From: Cyanobacteriota bacterium
GTDB taxonomy: Bacteria > Acidobacteriota > Vicinamibacteria > Vicinamibacterales > UBA2999
Reading direction: 5' to 3'
DNA: 64,000 bases
Assembly (NCBI GenBank): GCA_019752015.1
Contig: JAIEMQ010000002.1
Location: 31,869 to 95,868 of the forward strand
Part shown: in pieces, positions 35,723 to 45,782 of the stretch
How positions within the stretch are numbered: position 1 is the first letter of the stretch
Layout of the letters: each line of letters begins with the position of its first letter
The notes under the pieces: generated by a model
Database searches by the model: none
The model's input: only the letters and a program-made list of their open reading frames with translations
What the model was told of the DNA's origin: nothing
Translations under genes and position numbers: made by a program

Positions 35723-37909
35723 CTACTGTCCGGGACGCCGCTGCAATCCTTGCAGCCGGGCTTCGGCGAGATCCTTCACCGGCAAACCGTCTTCCGTCTC
35801 GAGCGCGTTGCTGGCCGCGGCCGTCCTGAACGCGGTTTCCGCTTCGGCCGCGTTGCCCATGCGCTCCGCGGCGAGGCCGAGCAGATAGTGCACCGTGCCC
35901 GGGCCGACGCCGGGACCCTCGTTCAGTTTCACGCGCTGCAGCTCGAGGCGCGCTTCCGACCAGTTCCCCGCCCGCGCCAGGGCGACCGCGAGATTCAAGC
36001 GGATCACCGAATCCGTGACGGGATCGGCCTGACTCTGCAATCGATTCCGCAAGTCGACGAGGATCTTGTTGACCATCAGCGACTGATCGTTGAGACCAAT
36101 CAGGCGTGGCGTCATGTAGATGTTTGTATCAGCCTTCTTCGCAACACCGGCGCGGTCCTTCAAATCGAGCGTCAGCGCTTCATCGGCCTTGCGGCCGGCG
36201 AGCAGGTTGCCGAGCGCCGCGGCGTCCGGCACCGGCTGCGAATTCGCCTTCAGCACGACATCGCCCGGTTGAATGCCGGACTTCGCCGCGGGACCATTTG
36301 GATCGACCGCGACGACGACCGGGCCTTCGAGATCGGTTACGTCAACCGCGGTGATGCCGAGCGAGGGCTTGAAGAACGATAGACCGCGATCGATGCGGCC
36401 CACGGCGAGTGACGTCGCATCCGGGCTGTCGAGATCGAGCTCGATCACGTCAGGATCGGAGCTGCCGGCGGCGAGCAGCGAGACGACCAGGCGGTTGCGG
36501 GTCGCGGCCGACGGCACGGTGACCGACGCAATGCCCTGCGAATCGAACTGCCGCGACAGGCGCTGGGAAAGATCGCCGCGCATCACCGCGGCCACTTCGG
36601 CGGATGCGCCGATCGGACGCTTGTTGGAATCAAACGCAAGCCAATCGGCCGGCAGCTTCTCGGCGGCCAGCGTCTTCGCCGTCTCATCCGACGGCGGCGC
36701 GAACAGCGTCACCGACTGCGACGACTGAAACTGCTTCTCGATCGTCAGCCGCAAGTCGGTGTTGAGCGCGGCCGGCCCGCTCGCCGACACGATCGCGAAC
36801 GCGGGCCGCAGCGTGCCCGAGATGTTGATCTTGCCGCCGGTGCGCGCGTCGACGCGCTGGAAGTAACGGCCCGACTGCGATTTCAATTCGACGACGTGCG
36901 CGCCTTCGCAGACGTCGTGGATCGTCATCGGCGCGACGCCGCGCTGCAGGCCGTCGATCAACACCAGCGTGCCGGGCTGATTCGACGTCACCGATACACT
37001 CGCGACCGCCGGCTCGAGCTTCACCGGATCGAGGACGAAGTCGTCGAGCTGCTCGACGGTCTGGCGGCGCTCGGCGCGGACGAAGCAGTCCTTCTTGAAT
37101 TCGATGCGATGCGCGCCGATCGGCAGGTCCATCACCGTCAGCACCGCCGACAGTTCCGACGCGGGCACACCGGAGCGTGCGGCGCGTTCGGCGTATTCCG
37201 CCGGTGGCGGTCCGGGCCTGGTGATGCCGTGAGAGATGCCGTCGATCACCACTTCCACGCCGGCCGGCGCGGTGACGAACTTGAACACCGACGCCGTTCG
37301 TTCGAGCACCAGCGAATCAACCACCGTTGCGGCGCCGGCGGCGGCGGTGAACGGCTGCGTGACCTGGCGGAACCCGATGCGCGACACGCTCAACGTGTGA
37401 TCGCCGACCGCGATCGGGACCGTGCCATTGGCCGGCACTCGAGCGCCATCGAGCAGCACTTCCGAATCGGCGGGCAGGATCGTCAATCGCAGCTCGGTGA
37501 CGTTGTTCTTCACGACGTCGTCATAGACGGCGAGAATCTTCGGCGAGACCTGGCCGGACAGCAGATACCCGGGCTCGACCTTCACCAGCGACACGAAATC
37601 CGCGGCCGCTTCCTTGTCCTTGCCGAGGCCGAACAGCGCGCGGGCGCGCATGTCGTAGGCCTGCGGCAGCAGGCGCCTGGCTTCCGGCGTCGGGCGCGCC
37701 TCGATGGCGCCGATCGCGGAATCGAGCGCCTTGATGGTGTTCTCGTAGTCGAGCGAATCAAACGCGGTCCGCGCCTGATCGACCAGGCCTTTGACATTCG
37801 ACAAATCCACCTGCGCCAGTGCAGGTGAAGCACCAATTACCAGGGCGACACTGAGAATTAGCACCTTGGGCACCACCGGCACCCCAGGCACTGCAGGCAC
37901 CTTCATCAT
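35723..37909 (-). CDS. Secreted TPR + PEGA + PDZ + TPR protein
   Basis: Signal peptide; PEGA repeats (SNQPGTLVLIDG); PDZ motif GPAAKSGIQPGDVVLKAN; TPR helices at both ends. Confidence 0.8.
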   Translation of the reverse strand: MMKVPAVPGVPVVPKVLILSVALVIGASPALAQVDLSNVKGLVDQARTAFDSLDYENTIKALDSAIGAIEARPTPEARRLLPQAYDMRARALFGLGKDKEAAADFVSLVKVEPGYLLSGQVSPKILAVYDDVVKNNVTELRLTILPADSEVLLDGARVPANGTVPIAVGDHTLSVSRIGFRQVTQPFTAAAGAATVVDSLVLERTASVFKFVTAPAGVEVVIDGISHGITRPGPPPAEYAERAARSGVPASELSAVLTVMDLPIGAHRIEFKKDCFVRAERRQTVEQLDDFVLDPVKLEPAVASVSVTSNQPGTLVLIDGLQRGVAPMTIHDVCEGAHVVELKSQSGRYFQRVDARTGGKINISGTLRPAFAIVSASGPAALNTDLRLTIEKQFQSSQSVTLFAPPSDETAKTLAAEKLPADWLAFDSNKRPIGASAEVAAVMRGDLSQRLSRQFDSQGIASVTVPSAATRNRLVVSLLAAGSSDPDVIELDLDSPDATSLAVGRIDRGLSFFKPSLGITAVDVTDLEGPVVVAVDPNGPAAKSGIQPGDVVLKANSQPVPDAAALGNLLAGRKADEALTLDLKDRAGVAKKADTNIYMTPRLIGLNDQSLMVNKILVDLRNRLQSQADPVTDSVIRLNLAVALARAGNWSEARLELQRVKLNEGPGVGPGTVHYLLGLAAERMGNAAEAETAFRTAAASNALETEDGLPVKDLAEARLQGLQRRPGQ

Positions 37910-39405
37910 TGGTAGACTCCAATCCGCTTGGCCTTCTCATCGAAGATGTAGAGGCGCCCCGCCCCGTCGACGCCGATGGCGCGCGCGCGAGTAAACGCGC
38001 CGGGCGCCTTCTCCTCGAGCGTAAACGACGTGATCAACCGGTTGCGCGGACCGAACACGAACACCGATTCACGGCCGCGATCCAGGACGTAGAGATAGCC
38101 AAGCCGATCGAACGCGAGGTCGACCGGCTCATCGAGCTGGTAGTTCGCGCCCTTGGTCATGATCTTCGAGAGCGGCTTGCCGTCGCGATCGAGGATCGAG
38201 ATCGCCTTCGCATCCTTGTCGATCAACGCGATGTCGTCGAGGACGTTGATCGCCATGCGCTCGGTATTGATCGCCGCGGTGAACGGCCCGAGGTACTGCC
38301 CGCGCGCGTCGTAGCGGACGACGGTCTTGTCCTTCTTGTTGACGACCAGTCGATGGCCCGTCGCCATCATCACCGCGGACGGAACCTCCTCGACCGGCCG
38401 CGGCGGTTTGTTCGGTTCCGTCGGCGGCAGCATGATCGGCATCGAGGCCGCCCGCTCGGTGTGCAGCGCGCCGTCGCGCGCGAAGACGACGCGATTGAGC
38501 TCGTCGACGAAAAACGTCGACGGATCCTGGGCGGTGACGGTGCTGGCCGGCGCGCCTTTCAGGTCGAACACCGCGATGCCCTTGTTGTAGCCGAGCAGGA
38601 TGCGGTGCAGCGGATCGATCTTCACGCCGACCACGTCATCGAAGTTCGATTTCTCGGGCCCGATATAACGGCCGCTGAACGCGAACGCCGACGCTTTCGG
38701 CGCGCGCACGTGCAGCCGGTAGAGAATAGAATTGATGTTGAGCGCGGTCTCGGATTCGAGCGACGCCGGCATCATCTGCCGCACGCGCTGCACTTCGGGC
38801 AGCGCCGCCGTGGCGCGATCGACTTGCGCGAGGCAATAGCCCGCCGCGAGATTCGCGCGCGCCGCCCATGGCGAGTTCGGATACGACGCGGTCACACGGC
38901 GATAGCGCGCCAGCGCCTCCTCGTTCCGCCGCACCAGCCGCAGCGCTTCGCCCGCATAGAACCCCGCGGCCGGAACGGCATCGTTGCCGGGGAACAGCCG
39001 CTCGACACGCTCGAAGCTCGCCACCGCCGAATCAACGTCGCCCGGCGCGCGGCCCTTGGCCATCGAGACGCGGCCGCCGACGACGTAGGCCATCGGCGCC
39101 GAGTCGGTCTCGGGATAGGTCTTCAACAACTGATCGACGGCGGATTGCGCCGAGCCGAGATCCTTCGCGATGTCGATCTGATACAGCACCATCTGCAACA
39201 GCGCGTTGTCGGCAACCTGGCTCCGCGGGAAGGAATCGATGATCGCCTGGAAGTCCTTCATCGCTTCGGCGTAACGCTGGCCCTTGAAAAACGCCAGGCC
39301 GCTCTCGTACTGGCGGCGCGGCAAATCCTCGTTCGACTGCGTCGATACTGCGGCCGTCGCGAAAATGATGGCCAGTGCAGCGACGATGGGGAGTGTCGGC
39401 TTCAT
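37906..39405 (-). CDS. Secreted TPR (BamD/CpoB-like) + NHL beta-propeller protein
   Basis: FQAIIDSFPRSQVADNALL TPR; EPVDLAFDRLGYLYVLD NHL repeats. Confidence 0.8.
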   Translation of the reverse strand: MKPTLPIVAALAIIFATAAVSTQSNEDLPRRQYESGLAFFKGQRYAEAMKDFQAIIDSFPRSQVADNALLQMVLYQIDIAKDLGSAQSAVDQLLKTYPETDSAPMAYVVGGRVSMAKGRAPGDVDSAVASFERVERLFPGNDAVPAAGFYAGEALRLVRRNEEALARYRRVTASYPNSPWAARANLAAGYCLAQVDRATAALPEVQRVRQMMPASLESETALNINSILYRLHVRAPKASAFAFSGRYIGPEKSNFDDVVGVKIDPLHRILLGYNKGIAVFDLKGAPASTVTAQDPSTFFVDELNRVVFARDGALHTERAASMPIMLPPTEPNKPPRPVEEVPSAVMMATGHRLVVNKKDKTVVRYDARGQYLGPFTAAINTERMAINVLDDIALIDKDAKAISILDRDGKPLSKIMTKGANYQLDEPVDLAFDRLGYLYVLDRGRESVFVFGPRNRLITSFTLEEKAPGAFTRARAIGVDGAGRLYIFDEKAKRIGVYQ

Positions 39406-39415
39406 GGGGGTGGTT

Positions 39416-41173
39416 TTATTTCGCCGTGAAGTTGGCGCGGATCTCCCGGCCCTGCGTCACGGTGACGCGATTCAACGGGTTCTGGCCGTCAGGGCACACC
39501 AGATCGACCTGGTGCTCGCCGGCAGCCGCGGGAATCGGCTGCCACGGTCCATAACCGAGGTCCTTCTTGCCGATCATCGCCTTGCAGTCGCCGCGCGCGG
39601 CGCGAATCACGATCCTGCCGAGACCGGGCGCGGTGTAATCGAACCGGTTTTCGGCGCCGCCATCGACACGCACCGGTTGATCGAGGAACACGCTCTCGGC
39701 GCGCACGCGCAGGGTCTTCCCGTTCGCCTGCAATGGCAGCTCGTGGGATGTCGCCGATGCCGAGATCACGCGATTGCCATCCAGCACTTCGAACTCGTAG
39801 GCCGCCGACATCGTCACGGCAACCGTGGCTCGCGACGACGGCGCTGGCGCCGGCGCGGGGACATTCGCCGCCGGCGCTGCGGCCGCCGGAATCGGCGTCT
39901 TCTTCGCAGGCAATTTCTCGGCCGGTGAGCCGGTCGTGCCCGAGCCGTTCGTGTTCGCCGAGGCCAGTTTCTCGACCGGCTTCACCGGAGGATTCGCGGC
40001 GCTGCTTGGCCCGTTCGGCTGCAGGTTGGCCGGTTGCTGCGGCGGCGGTTGAACCGGCTGCGTCACCGGCGTGGTCTGAATCGTGTTCGTGGCCGGTCCC
40101 GGCGCCGGCCTCGTCATGACGTAGCCGCCGGCGACACCGATCATCGCCACGGCAATGCCGGCGGCGATCATCCAGGTCTTCGATCCGCCTCCCGCCGCGG
40201 CAGGCGGTGGAGAAACAGCCTGCTGCAGCGTCTTGTTGACCGCCGCGCCGGCTTCCTTCTGTCGATCGTCGTGCAGCGCCTTGAGCACGTTCGTGCTGGC
40301 GAAGCGCGTGGCATCCATCGGCGGCGGCGCGTTCAGCTGATGCGTCTTGCGAATCAGCTGCAGCTCGCGGCCCAGCTCCTCGGCCGTCTGGTAGCGGCGA
40401 TCGCGATCCTTCTCGAGCGCCTTCGACACGCAATCGAGCAGCTGCTTCGGCAATCCGGGCACGTACTGCTCGACCGATGGCGGCTGCTCACGCAGGATGC
40501 CGGCGATCACCGTCGTCAGGCCGTCGCCGTCGAAGGGTTTCCGGCCGGTGAGCAATTCATAGAGCAGCACGCCGGTGGACCACACGTCGGATCGGCCGTC
40601 GAGATCCTGCGCGCCGGCAATCTGCTCGGGCGACATGTACGGCGCGCTGCCGACGACATCGCCCTGCCGCGTCAGCGTTGACGTGGCAAGCTTGGCAATG
40701 CCGAAGTCGAGCAGCTTGACGGTGCCGTCCTGCAGGACGAACACGTTGGCCGGCTTGACGTCGCGGTGAACGATGCCTTCCTTGTGCGCGTAGCCAAGGC
40801 CGCTGCACAACTGCGTGACGATATCGAGCTTGTCGTCGAGCGTCAGCGGCGGCTGTTCTTCCATCCGCGAGCTGAGCGGCGCGCCGCGCAGGAACTCCAT
40901 GACGATGTGCGGCTGGTTGTTCTCCTCGGCGAATTCGAACACCGTGACGATGTTGCGATGCTGCAGCTTCGCGGCCGACCTGGCTTCGCGATAGAAGCGC
41001 GGCCGCATCTGCTCGGTGTCTTCGCTGAAATCGGCGAGCATCACCTTGACCGCGACTTCGCGATCGAGCACCGGGTCGTGGCCGCGATAGAGCACGCCCA
41101 TGCCGCCCTTGCCGACGCGCTCGAGAATCTGATAGCGCCCGATCTTGTCGGGCATCGTCACCTTCGTCGTCAT
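39416..41173 (-). CDS. Membrane-anchored Hanks-type Ser/Thr protein kinase
   Basis: GKGGMG, VAVK, HRDVKPAN, DFG, YMSPE; TM helix WMIAAGIAVAMIGV; Pro-rich extracytoplasmic region. Confidence 0.95.
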   Translation of the reverse strand: MTTKVTMPDKIGRYQILERVGKGGMGVLYRGHDPVLDREVAVKVMLADFSEDTEQMRPRFYREARSAAKLQHRNIVTVFEFAEENNQPHIVMEFLRGAPLSSRMEEQPPLTLDDKLDIVTQLCSGLGYAHKEGIVHRDVKPANVFVLQDGTVKLLDFGIAKLATSTLTRQGDVVGSAPYMSPEQIAGAQDLDGRSDVWSTGVLLYELLTGRKPFDGDGLTTVIAGILREQPPSVEQYVPGLPKQLLDCVSKALEKDRDRRYQTAEELGRELQLIRKTHQLNAPPPMDATRFASTNVLKALHDDRQKEAGAAVNKTLQQAVSPPPAAAGGGSKTWMIAAGIAVAMIGVAGGYVMTRPAPGPATNTIQTTPVTQPVQPPPQQPANLQPNGPSSAANPPVKPVEKLASANTNGSGTTGSPAEKLPAKKTPIPAAAAPAANVPAPAPAPSSRATVAVTMSAAYEFEVLDGNRVISASATSHELPLQANGKTLRVRAESVFLDQPVRVDGGAENRFDYTAPGLGRIVIRAARGDCKAMIGKKDLGYGPWQPIPAAAGEHQVDLVCPDGQNPLNRVTVTQGREIRANFTAK

Positions 41174-41562
41174 ATCGAAAGTTTCTTCGTCGCCACGTCA
41201 TTCGAGAGGACGGTCGGCGCATCGAGAATCCGTGTCGCCTCGGCGTCCGGCCCGGGCACGTCGGTGAACGGACCAACTTCGTCCACGTATTTGACCTGCA
41301 GGTGCCCGATCTGCACGACGTCGCCGTGACTGAGGCGCGCCTCTTTGGTCTTGGCGCCGTTCACGAGGATGCCGTTGCGGCTTTCGAGATCGCGCACCGT
41401 CGCCGAACCGTTGCCGGCGCTGAAGGCGGCATGACGGCGCGACAGCAAGGGATCGTTCGTCTCGGTGATGTCGCAGGCCGGATCGCGGCCGACGATCAGC
41501 GTATCGACGAGGACCATCTCACGCGGCCGGCTGCCGCCGGTGATGATCAGGCGGCGGCTCAT
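41170..41562 (-). CDS. FHA-domain protein
   Basis: VGRDP, LSRRHA, DLESRNG, HGDVVQIG. Confidence 0.92.
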   Translation of the reverse strand: MSRRLIITGGSRPREMVLVDTLIVGRDPACDITETNDPLLSRRHAAFSAGNGSATVRDLESRNGILVNGAKTKEARLSHGDVVQIGHLQVKYVDEVGPFTDVPGPDAEATRILDAPTVLSNDVATKKLSI

Positions 41563-42569
41563 CGGTGACGCACCCCGCTGGCGGCCTTCAGCACGGCGAT
41601 TTCAGCGGCGACGTCGTTGTGAAACATCTGCAGCTCCGTCAGCGCTTCGTTGGCTCTCGCGGGATCGATGTCGCCGACGTTGTTGATGTCGAGGCCGGCG
41701 CGCGCGAACTCGGGGAAGCCGGCGGCGAGCTGCGCGAGCTTCGCGTCGCACTCGCCTTCAATGCTGGCCATGCCGAGACGCCGGCCGAGCGCGCGCCGCT
41801 GCCCGAGCAGACTCTCGATGTCGCGATACCGATCGAAGGCGGCGATCAGGATCCGCTGGCGATCGCCCTGGCGGCTGGAACGCACCTGATCGATCTCCGC
41901 GCGAAGGTGATTGATGCTGGCCTGCCGTCGCGCCGGCTCGGCTTCGACCCCTTTGAGGATCGCGCGGCTCAAGCCCTCGGGCGCCTGTTTGGGCATCAGC
42001 GACGGAGGGTGAGGACCGCGGCCGGTCAGCATGAAATGAAAGACCGCGGCCGCCGAATAGATGTCGGACCTGGAGTCTGCCGGCACGCCGGCCGATTGTT
42101 CGGGCGACGTGAAGACATGGCCGCGGCCATCGCCGCCGAAATCAATAATCTTGACCGCGCCGGTCGTCTCCACGAACACGTGACCCGGCTTCAGTCCGCC
42201 GTGTACGACACCGCAATCGTGCGCGGCCTGCAGGCCGTCGCAGATCTGGTGCATTGCGGTGAGACGGTCTTCGACGGTTGCGAACGTGGCGTGCAGCAGC
42301 GACGGTCCCTCGAGCAGCTCCATCACCGTGAACGGACTGCCGTTGTCCTCGCCGAGGTCCAGCACGGACACGACGTTCGGGTGCGCCACTTGTCCGGTTG
42401 CCCTGGCTTGTTGATGCACGCGCGGATCTCCCGCTCTCCCCACCCGTATCGCCACGCGCCTGCCCATCGCATCGTCGACGCCGGAATACACGGAACCCAA
42501 TGCGCCCGTGCCGACACACTCGACGATCGAATAACGCCCGACTCGCGACGGATGACTGCCGTTGTTCAA
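41559..42569 (-). CDS. Ser/Thr kinase-like protein, probable pseudokinase (start uncertain)
   Basis: Kinase fold with VAIR (not VAIK), HGGLKPGH (not HRDxKPxN), DFG, SPEQ, SDIYS. Confidence 0.8.
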   Translation of the reverse strand: MNNGSHPSRVGRYSIVECVGTGALGSVYSGVDDAMGRRVAIRVGRAGDPRVHQQARATGQVAHPNVVSVLDLGEDNGSPFTVMELLEGPSLLHATFATVEDRLTAMHQICDGLQAAHDCGVVHGGLKPGHVFVETTGAVKIIDFGGDGRGHVFTSPEQSAGVPADSRSDIYSAAAVFHFMLTGRGPHPPSLMPKQAPEGLSRAILKGVEAEPARRQASINHLRAEIDQVRSSRQGDRQRILIAAFDRYRDIESLLGQRRALGRRLGMASIEGECDAKLAQLAAGFPEFARAGLDINNVGDIDPARANEALTELQMFHNDVAAEIAVLKAASGVRHR

Positions 42570-42590
42570 AGGATCGGCAACGCCTTGTAA

Positions 42591-42624
42591 GTCCGCCTCC
42601 GCTAGGGCTTCGGCGAGACAGGCT
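42591..42624 (+). repeat. Palindromic repeat family A
   Basis: gtccgcctccgctagggcttcggcgagacaggct. Confidence 0.85.
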
Positions 42625-42717
42625 TTACCGGGCAAAAGTATAGTCCGGTCGGGGCGCGGTGGACGTCCCCTGAGCGGTGCAAACGTGAGTAAAAGCGGGG
42701 GATCGTCGGAGGGAAAT

Positions 42718-43143
42718 CTACAGCCGGGCTGCAATCTGCTGCGCCAGTTGCAGGGCGTCCGCATCGACCACCGGCGCGAGCGTCCAGTCGTGCAGCCACA
42801 CCGCTTTCCGGCGCAAATCGGGATCTTCCGACGTGTGCCGCGGGATGACGTGCGCGTGCAGCGCCGGTTCGACGTTGCCGAGGATCTCGTAGTTGATGCG
42901 CTCGGCGCCGGTCGCCTCGAGGACCGCGTCGCCGAGCGCGGTCATGTCGTCGAGAAACTGCTGCCGCGCATCGCCGACGAGCGCGTTGAGATCGGTCACG
43001 ACCGGATCGGGCAGCAGCAGGCAATAACCGCGCGTGGTCTGCGGATCGCCCAGCACCGCCCATCCTGAGAGCATGCGCGCGATCACGCGCTCGAGCTCGC
43101 CGCGGCGCGCGGCTTCGACTTGACGATGAATCGCCGTCATCAT
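42718..43143 (-). CDS. HIT-family nucleotide hydrolase
   Basis: RINYEILGNVEPALHAHVIPR HIT-like motif. Confidence 0.8.
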   Translation of the reverse strand: MMTAIHRQVEAARRGELERVIARMLSGWAVLGDPQTTRGYCLLLPDPVVTDLNALVGDARQQFLDDMTALGDAVLEATGAERINYEILGNVEPALHAHVIPRHTSEDPDLRRKAVWLHDWTLAPVVDADALQLAQQIAARL

Positions 43144-43763
43144 GCGGCGGGATGCTCTGGATCTTCGAGCGGCACACCCGCGGCGCAGAGCGGGCACTCG
43201 GGCTGACGCCACGTATCAAAAGCGGCGCGGCCGGTGGTCTCGACGCGCAGCCCGCGCTCCTTGAAGAAATCCGCGCCGATCGTGCCAAGCACGTAGAGTG
43301 CGCCGGCAACAACCGGGATCCCGCCGTGCGCTTCGATGGCGATCATCGTGGCGCGCAACGACGACCCGGCGCTCATCACATCGTCCACGAGCGCAACGCG
43401 CTTGCCGAGGACGCGGTCGCCCGCGCCCGACGGCAGCTCGTACCGCGCAGCGAACGTGCCGTCGTTGGCCTTCGCCGCCGGCCTGCCCCCGGTAGCCTTA
43501 GCGGAGGAGGGCACGCTGAAGAAGAATTCGCTGCCGAGCAGACGCGCGACCAGTTGCGCGAGGAAGGCGCCGCCGGTGAGCGGGCCGCAGACCGCCTCGA
43601 CGTCATAGCGCCGCAGCGCCTGCGCGAGCTTGGTGACGAACGGATCGAGCGCGGCCTGATCGACGAACGCCGCATCGAGATCGAACCACAGGCCGCAGTG
43701 CAGACCGGATTCCATCTTGAAGTGGCCCCGGCGCGCGCGCGCCAGGTCGAGGAAGGTCGCCAT
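43140..43763 (-). CDS. Orotate phosphoribosyltransferase-like type I PRTase
   Basis: GHFKMESGLH; PRPP loop VALVDDVMSAGSS; C-terminal CPLC. Confidence 0.8.
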   Translation of the reverse strand: MATFLDLARARRGHFKMESGLHCGLWFDLDAAFVDQAALDPFVTKLAQALRRYDVEAVCGPLTGGAFLAQLVARLLGSEFFFSVPSSAKATGGRPAAKANDGTFAARYELPSGAGDRVLGKRVALVDDVMSAGSSLRATMIAIEAHGGIPVVAGALYVLGTIGADFFKERGLRVETTGRAAFDTWRQPECPLCAAGVPLEDPEHPAA

Positions 43764-43871
43764 CCGGCGACATCTTATGCCGGCGCCTGTCCGACCGCGC
43801 GCACTTCAACCGGAAAGTTGAGCGGCTTGCCGCCGGGGCCGGGGCACGACGACACGCGCGCCGCCCCGGGA

Positions 43872-44387
43872 TCACGGCTTCGAATTCAGGATCATCGCCA
43901 ACAAGGCGTAATACCCGCAAATTGCGATGGCGTCGATGGTCCCCTGCTCTCCAAGCACCGCCTGCGTTTGATGGCGAAGCGTGGGCGAGACGCCCCGCTC
44001 GCGGTGCAAGGTGATGCAAAGGTCGTAAAGCACCTGCTGCCCGGCATCGAGATGTGGCGGCGGAGTGTGTGCCCAGATCGCGTCGATGACCGCTTGCGGC
44101 ACGCCGGCCTTCGCGGCAATCGGCGCGTGAATGTCCCATTCGAATTGCTGACGCCAGTGCGCTGCCGTGATCAGGATCGCGAATTCACTCAGGCGCGGCG
44201 GCAGCGCGCTGCGATAACGCAGGTACTCGCCGAGCGCGCCAACGCGATTCATCAACTCGGGACTGGCGAGCAGATCGAGGAAAGGACCGAAAGGCTCGAC
44301 GCCGCGAAGAGCCTTGAACTCTTCGACGGCGCGTTGCTGTTCGGGTGTCAGTCCGGCTCCCGGCTCCCGGCTCCCGGAATCCGTCAT
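43872..44387 (-). CDS. Carboxymuconolactone decarboxylase-family protein
   Basis: GPF..LLASPEL, GEYLRYRSALPPRLSEFAIL, FEWDIH, GYYALLAM; TAATG overlap with the upstream gene. Confidence 0.85.
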   Translation of the reverse strand: MTDSGSREPGAGLTPEQQRAVEEFKALRGVEPFGPFLDLLASPELMNRVGALGEYLRYRSALPPRLSEFAILITAAHWRQQFEWDIHAPIAAKAGVPQAVIDAIWAHTPPPHLDAGQQVLYDLCITLHRERGVSPTLRHQTQAVLGEQGTIDAIAICGYYALLAMILNSKP

Positions 44388-45676
44388 TAGGCGGTTGCGG
44401 GCAGTCCGTTCTTCAGCAGATCTTCCATCGCCGCCACGAACGTATCGATCTCCTCGAGCGGCGTGTAGATGTTCGGCGTCACGCGGATGCCGTTGTATTC
44501 CGGACGATTGATCGCGGTCGTGATGATCCGGTACTTGTCCCACATGAACGCGTTGATGCGCGCCGCCGGGATGTCCTTGATGCCGACGCACGCGACGCCG
44601 TAGACCTGATCGAGCCCGGTGTGGATGAGCACGCGCGGATTCGACTTCAGCTTGTTCGCCCAGCGCAACGTCAGGTAACGGAGACGCGCCGCAACACGGT
44701 CGGTGCCGATCGCCTGGTGGAACGCGAGTGCTTCGTTGATCGCGGCCTTGGTCGCCGCGGGCGACGTGCCGATCTCCTCGAACTTTCTGATGTCGTTGTC
44801 GGCGCGCTCGGGGGCCGCCTGCATCGGCCACGTCTTCGCGATGCGATCGCGACGGACGTAGAGGAAGCCGGTGCCGGTCGGCGCCAGCAGCCACTTGTGC
44901 AGGCTGGTGCCGTAGTAGTCCATTTCGAGGTCGCGCAGCTTGAACGGGAAGTGCGCCGCCGCGTGCGCGCCGTCGACAATGGTGATGATGCCGCGCGAGC
45001 GGGCCATGCGCGCGAGATTCTGCACCGGGAAGATCTGGCCGGTGAGATTCGTAATGTGGCAGAAGTGCAGCACCTTCGTGCGCGGACTGATCGCGCCTTC
45101 GAGAATGCCATAGAGGTTCTCGCCCGTCGTCGGCACCGGGAAGTTGACCTTCTTGATCGTGATCTTGTTGCGGCGCGCGCGCTGATCCCACGTGGTCAGC
45201 ATGCGGCCGTAGTCCTGCTCGGTCGTGACCACCTCGTCGCCCGGCTCGAGATCGAGTCCGTTTTGCGCGATCTGCAGCGACTCGCTCGAATTGCGCGTGA
45301 TCGCCATTTCTTCGGGATCGCAGCCGAATTGATCCGCGAGGCGGCGCCGGACCACCTCGATGTTCCGCTCGATCAAGCCGCGGTGATACACCGGCGCTTG
45401 ATTCGAGTAGTCGAGATAGCGCTTGTAGGCCTCGTGCACGACCGTCGGGCTCGGGCAGCTGTTGCCGTTGTTGAGATTGATCAGCGATCGATCGAGCGTG
45501 AACGCATTCTGGATGTCGCGCCAGTAGCTCTCATCGGCGGCGACGTCGTCCGGCGTCCGGTTGCCGAGGGCGCGGGAGGCCTGCGCCACCAGCTCGATGC
45601 TGTTGTCGTTGAGAGCGAACGCCGCGGCGCCCGCGGCGCCGGTGATGCGTAAAAAGGAGCGGCGGTTGGTTTTCAT
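44387..45676 (-). CDS. Tat-exported class V PLP enzyme (isopenicillin N epimerase/C-S lyase-like)
   Basis: NRRSFL twin-arginine signal; VDGAH; SLHKWL PLP lysine. Confidence 0.88.
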   Translation of the reverse strand: MKTNRRSFLRITGAAGAAAFALNDNSIELVAQASRALGNRTPDDVAADESYWRDIQNAFTLDRSLINLNNGNSCPSPTVVHEAYKRYLDYSNQAPVYHRGLIERNIEVVRRRLADQFGCDPEEMAITRNSSESLQIAQNGLDLEPGDEVVTTEQDYGRMLTTWDQRARRNKITIKKVNFPVPTTGENLYGILEGAISPRTKVLHFCHITNLTGQIFPVQNLARMARSRGIITIVDGAHAAAHFPFKLRDLEMDYYGTSLHKWLLAPTGTGFLYVRRDRIAKTWPMQAAPERADNDIRKFEEIGTSPAATKAAINEALAFHQAIGTDRVAARLRYLTLRWANKLKSNPRVLIHTGLDQVYGVACVGIKDIPAARINAFMWDKYRIITTAINRPEYNGIRVTPNIYTPLEEIDTFVAAMEDLLKNGLPATA

Positions 45677-45709
45677 GGACGAATACTACTCCTTTCGCTG
45701 TATACGCAC

Positions 45710-45754
45710 GCACCCGACGCACCCGATGCACCCGATGCACCCGATGCACCCGAT
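45710..45754 (+). repeat. Nonamer tandem repeat (GCACCCGAT)x5
   Basis: Lies in the divergent intergenic region between the PLP enzyme and the peptidase. Confidence 0.9.
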
Positions 45755-45782
45755 GCCCCGGCCATAGGAGTAGAATCCGCGC

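Noticed and set aside
43776-43871. Short minus-strand stretch that reads like a protein C-terminus (..GKPLNFPVEVRAVGQAPA*)
   Set aside because: No start codon and no recognisable family; may be a remnant but cannot be supported.
44388-45191. Extension of the 439-aa ORF
   Set aside because: Overlaps the PLP enzyme in another frame; the CMD protein starts at 44387.
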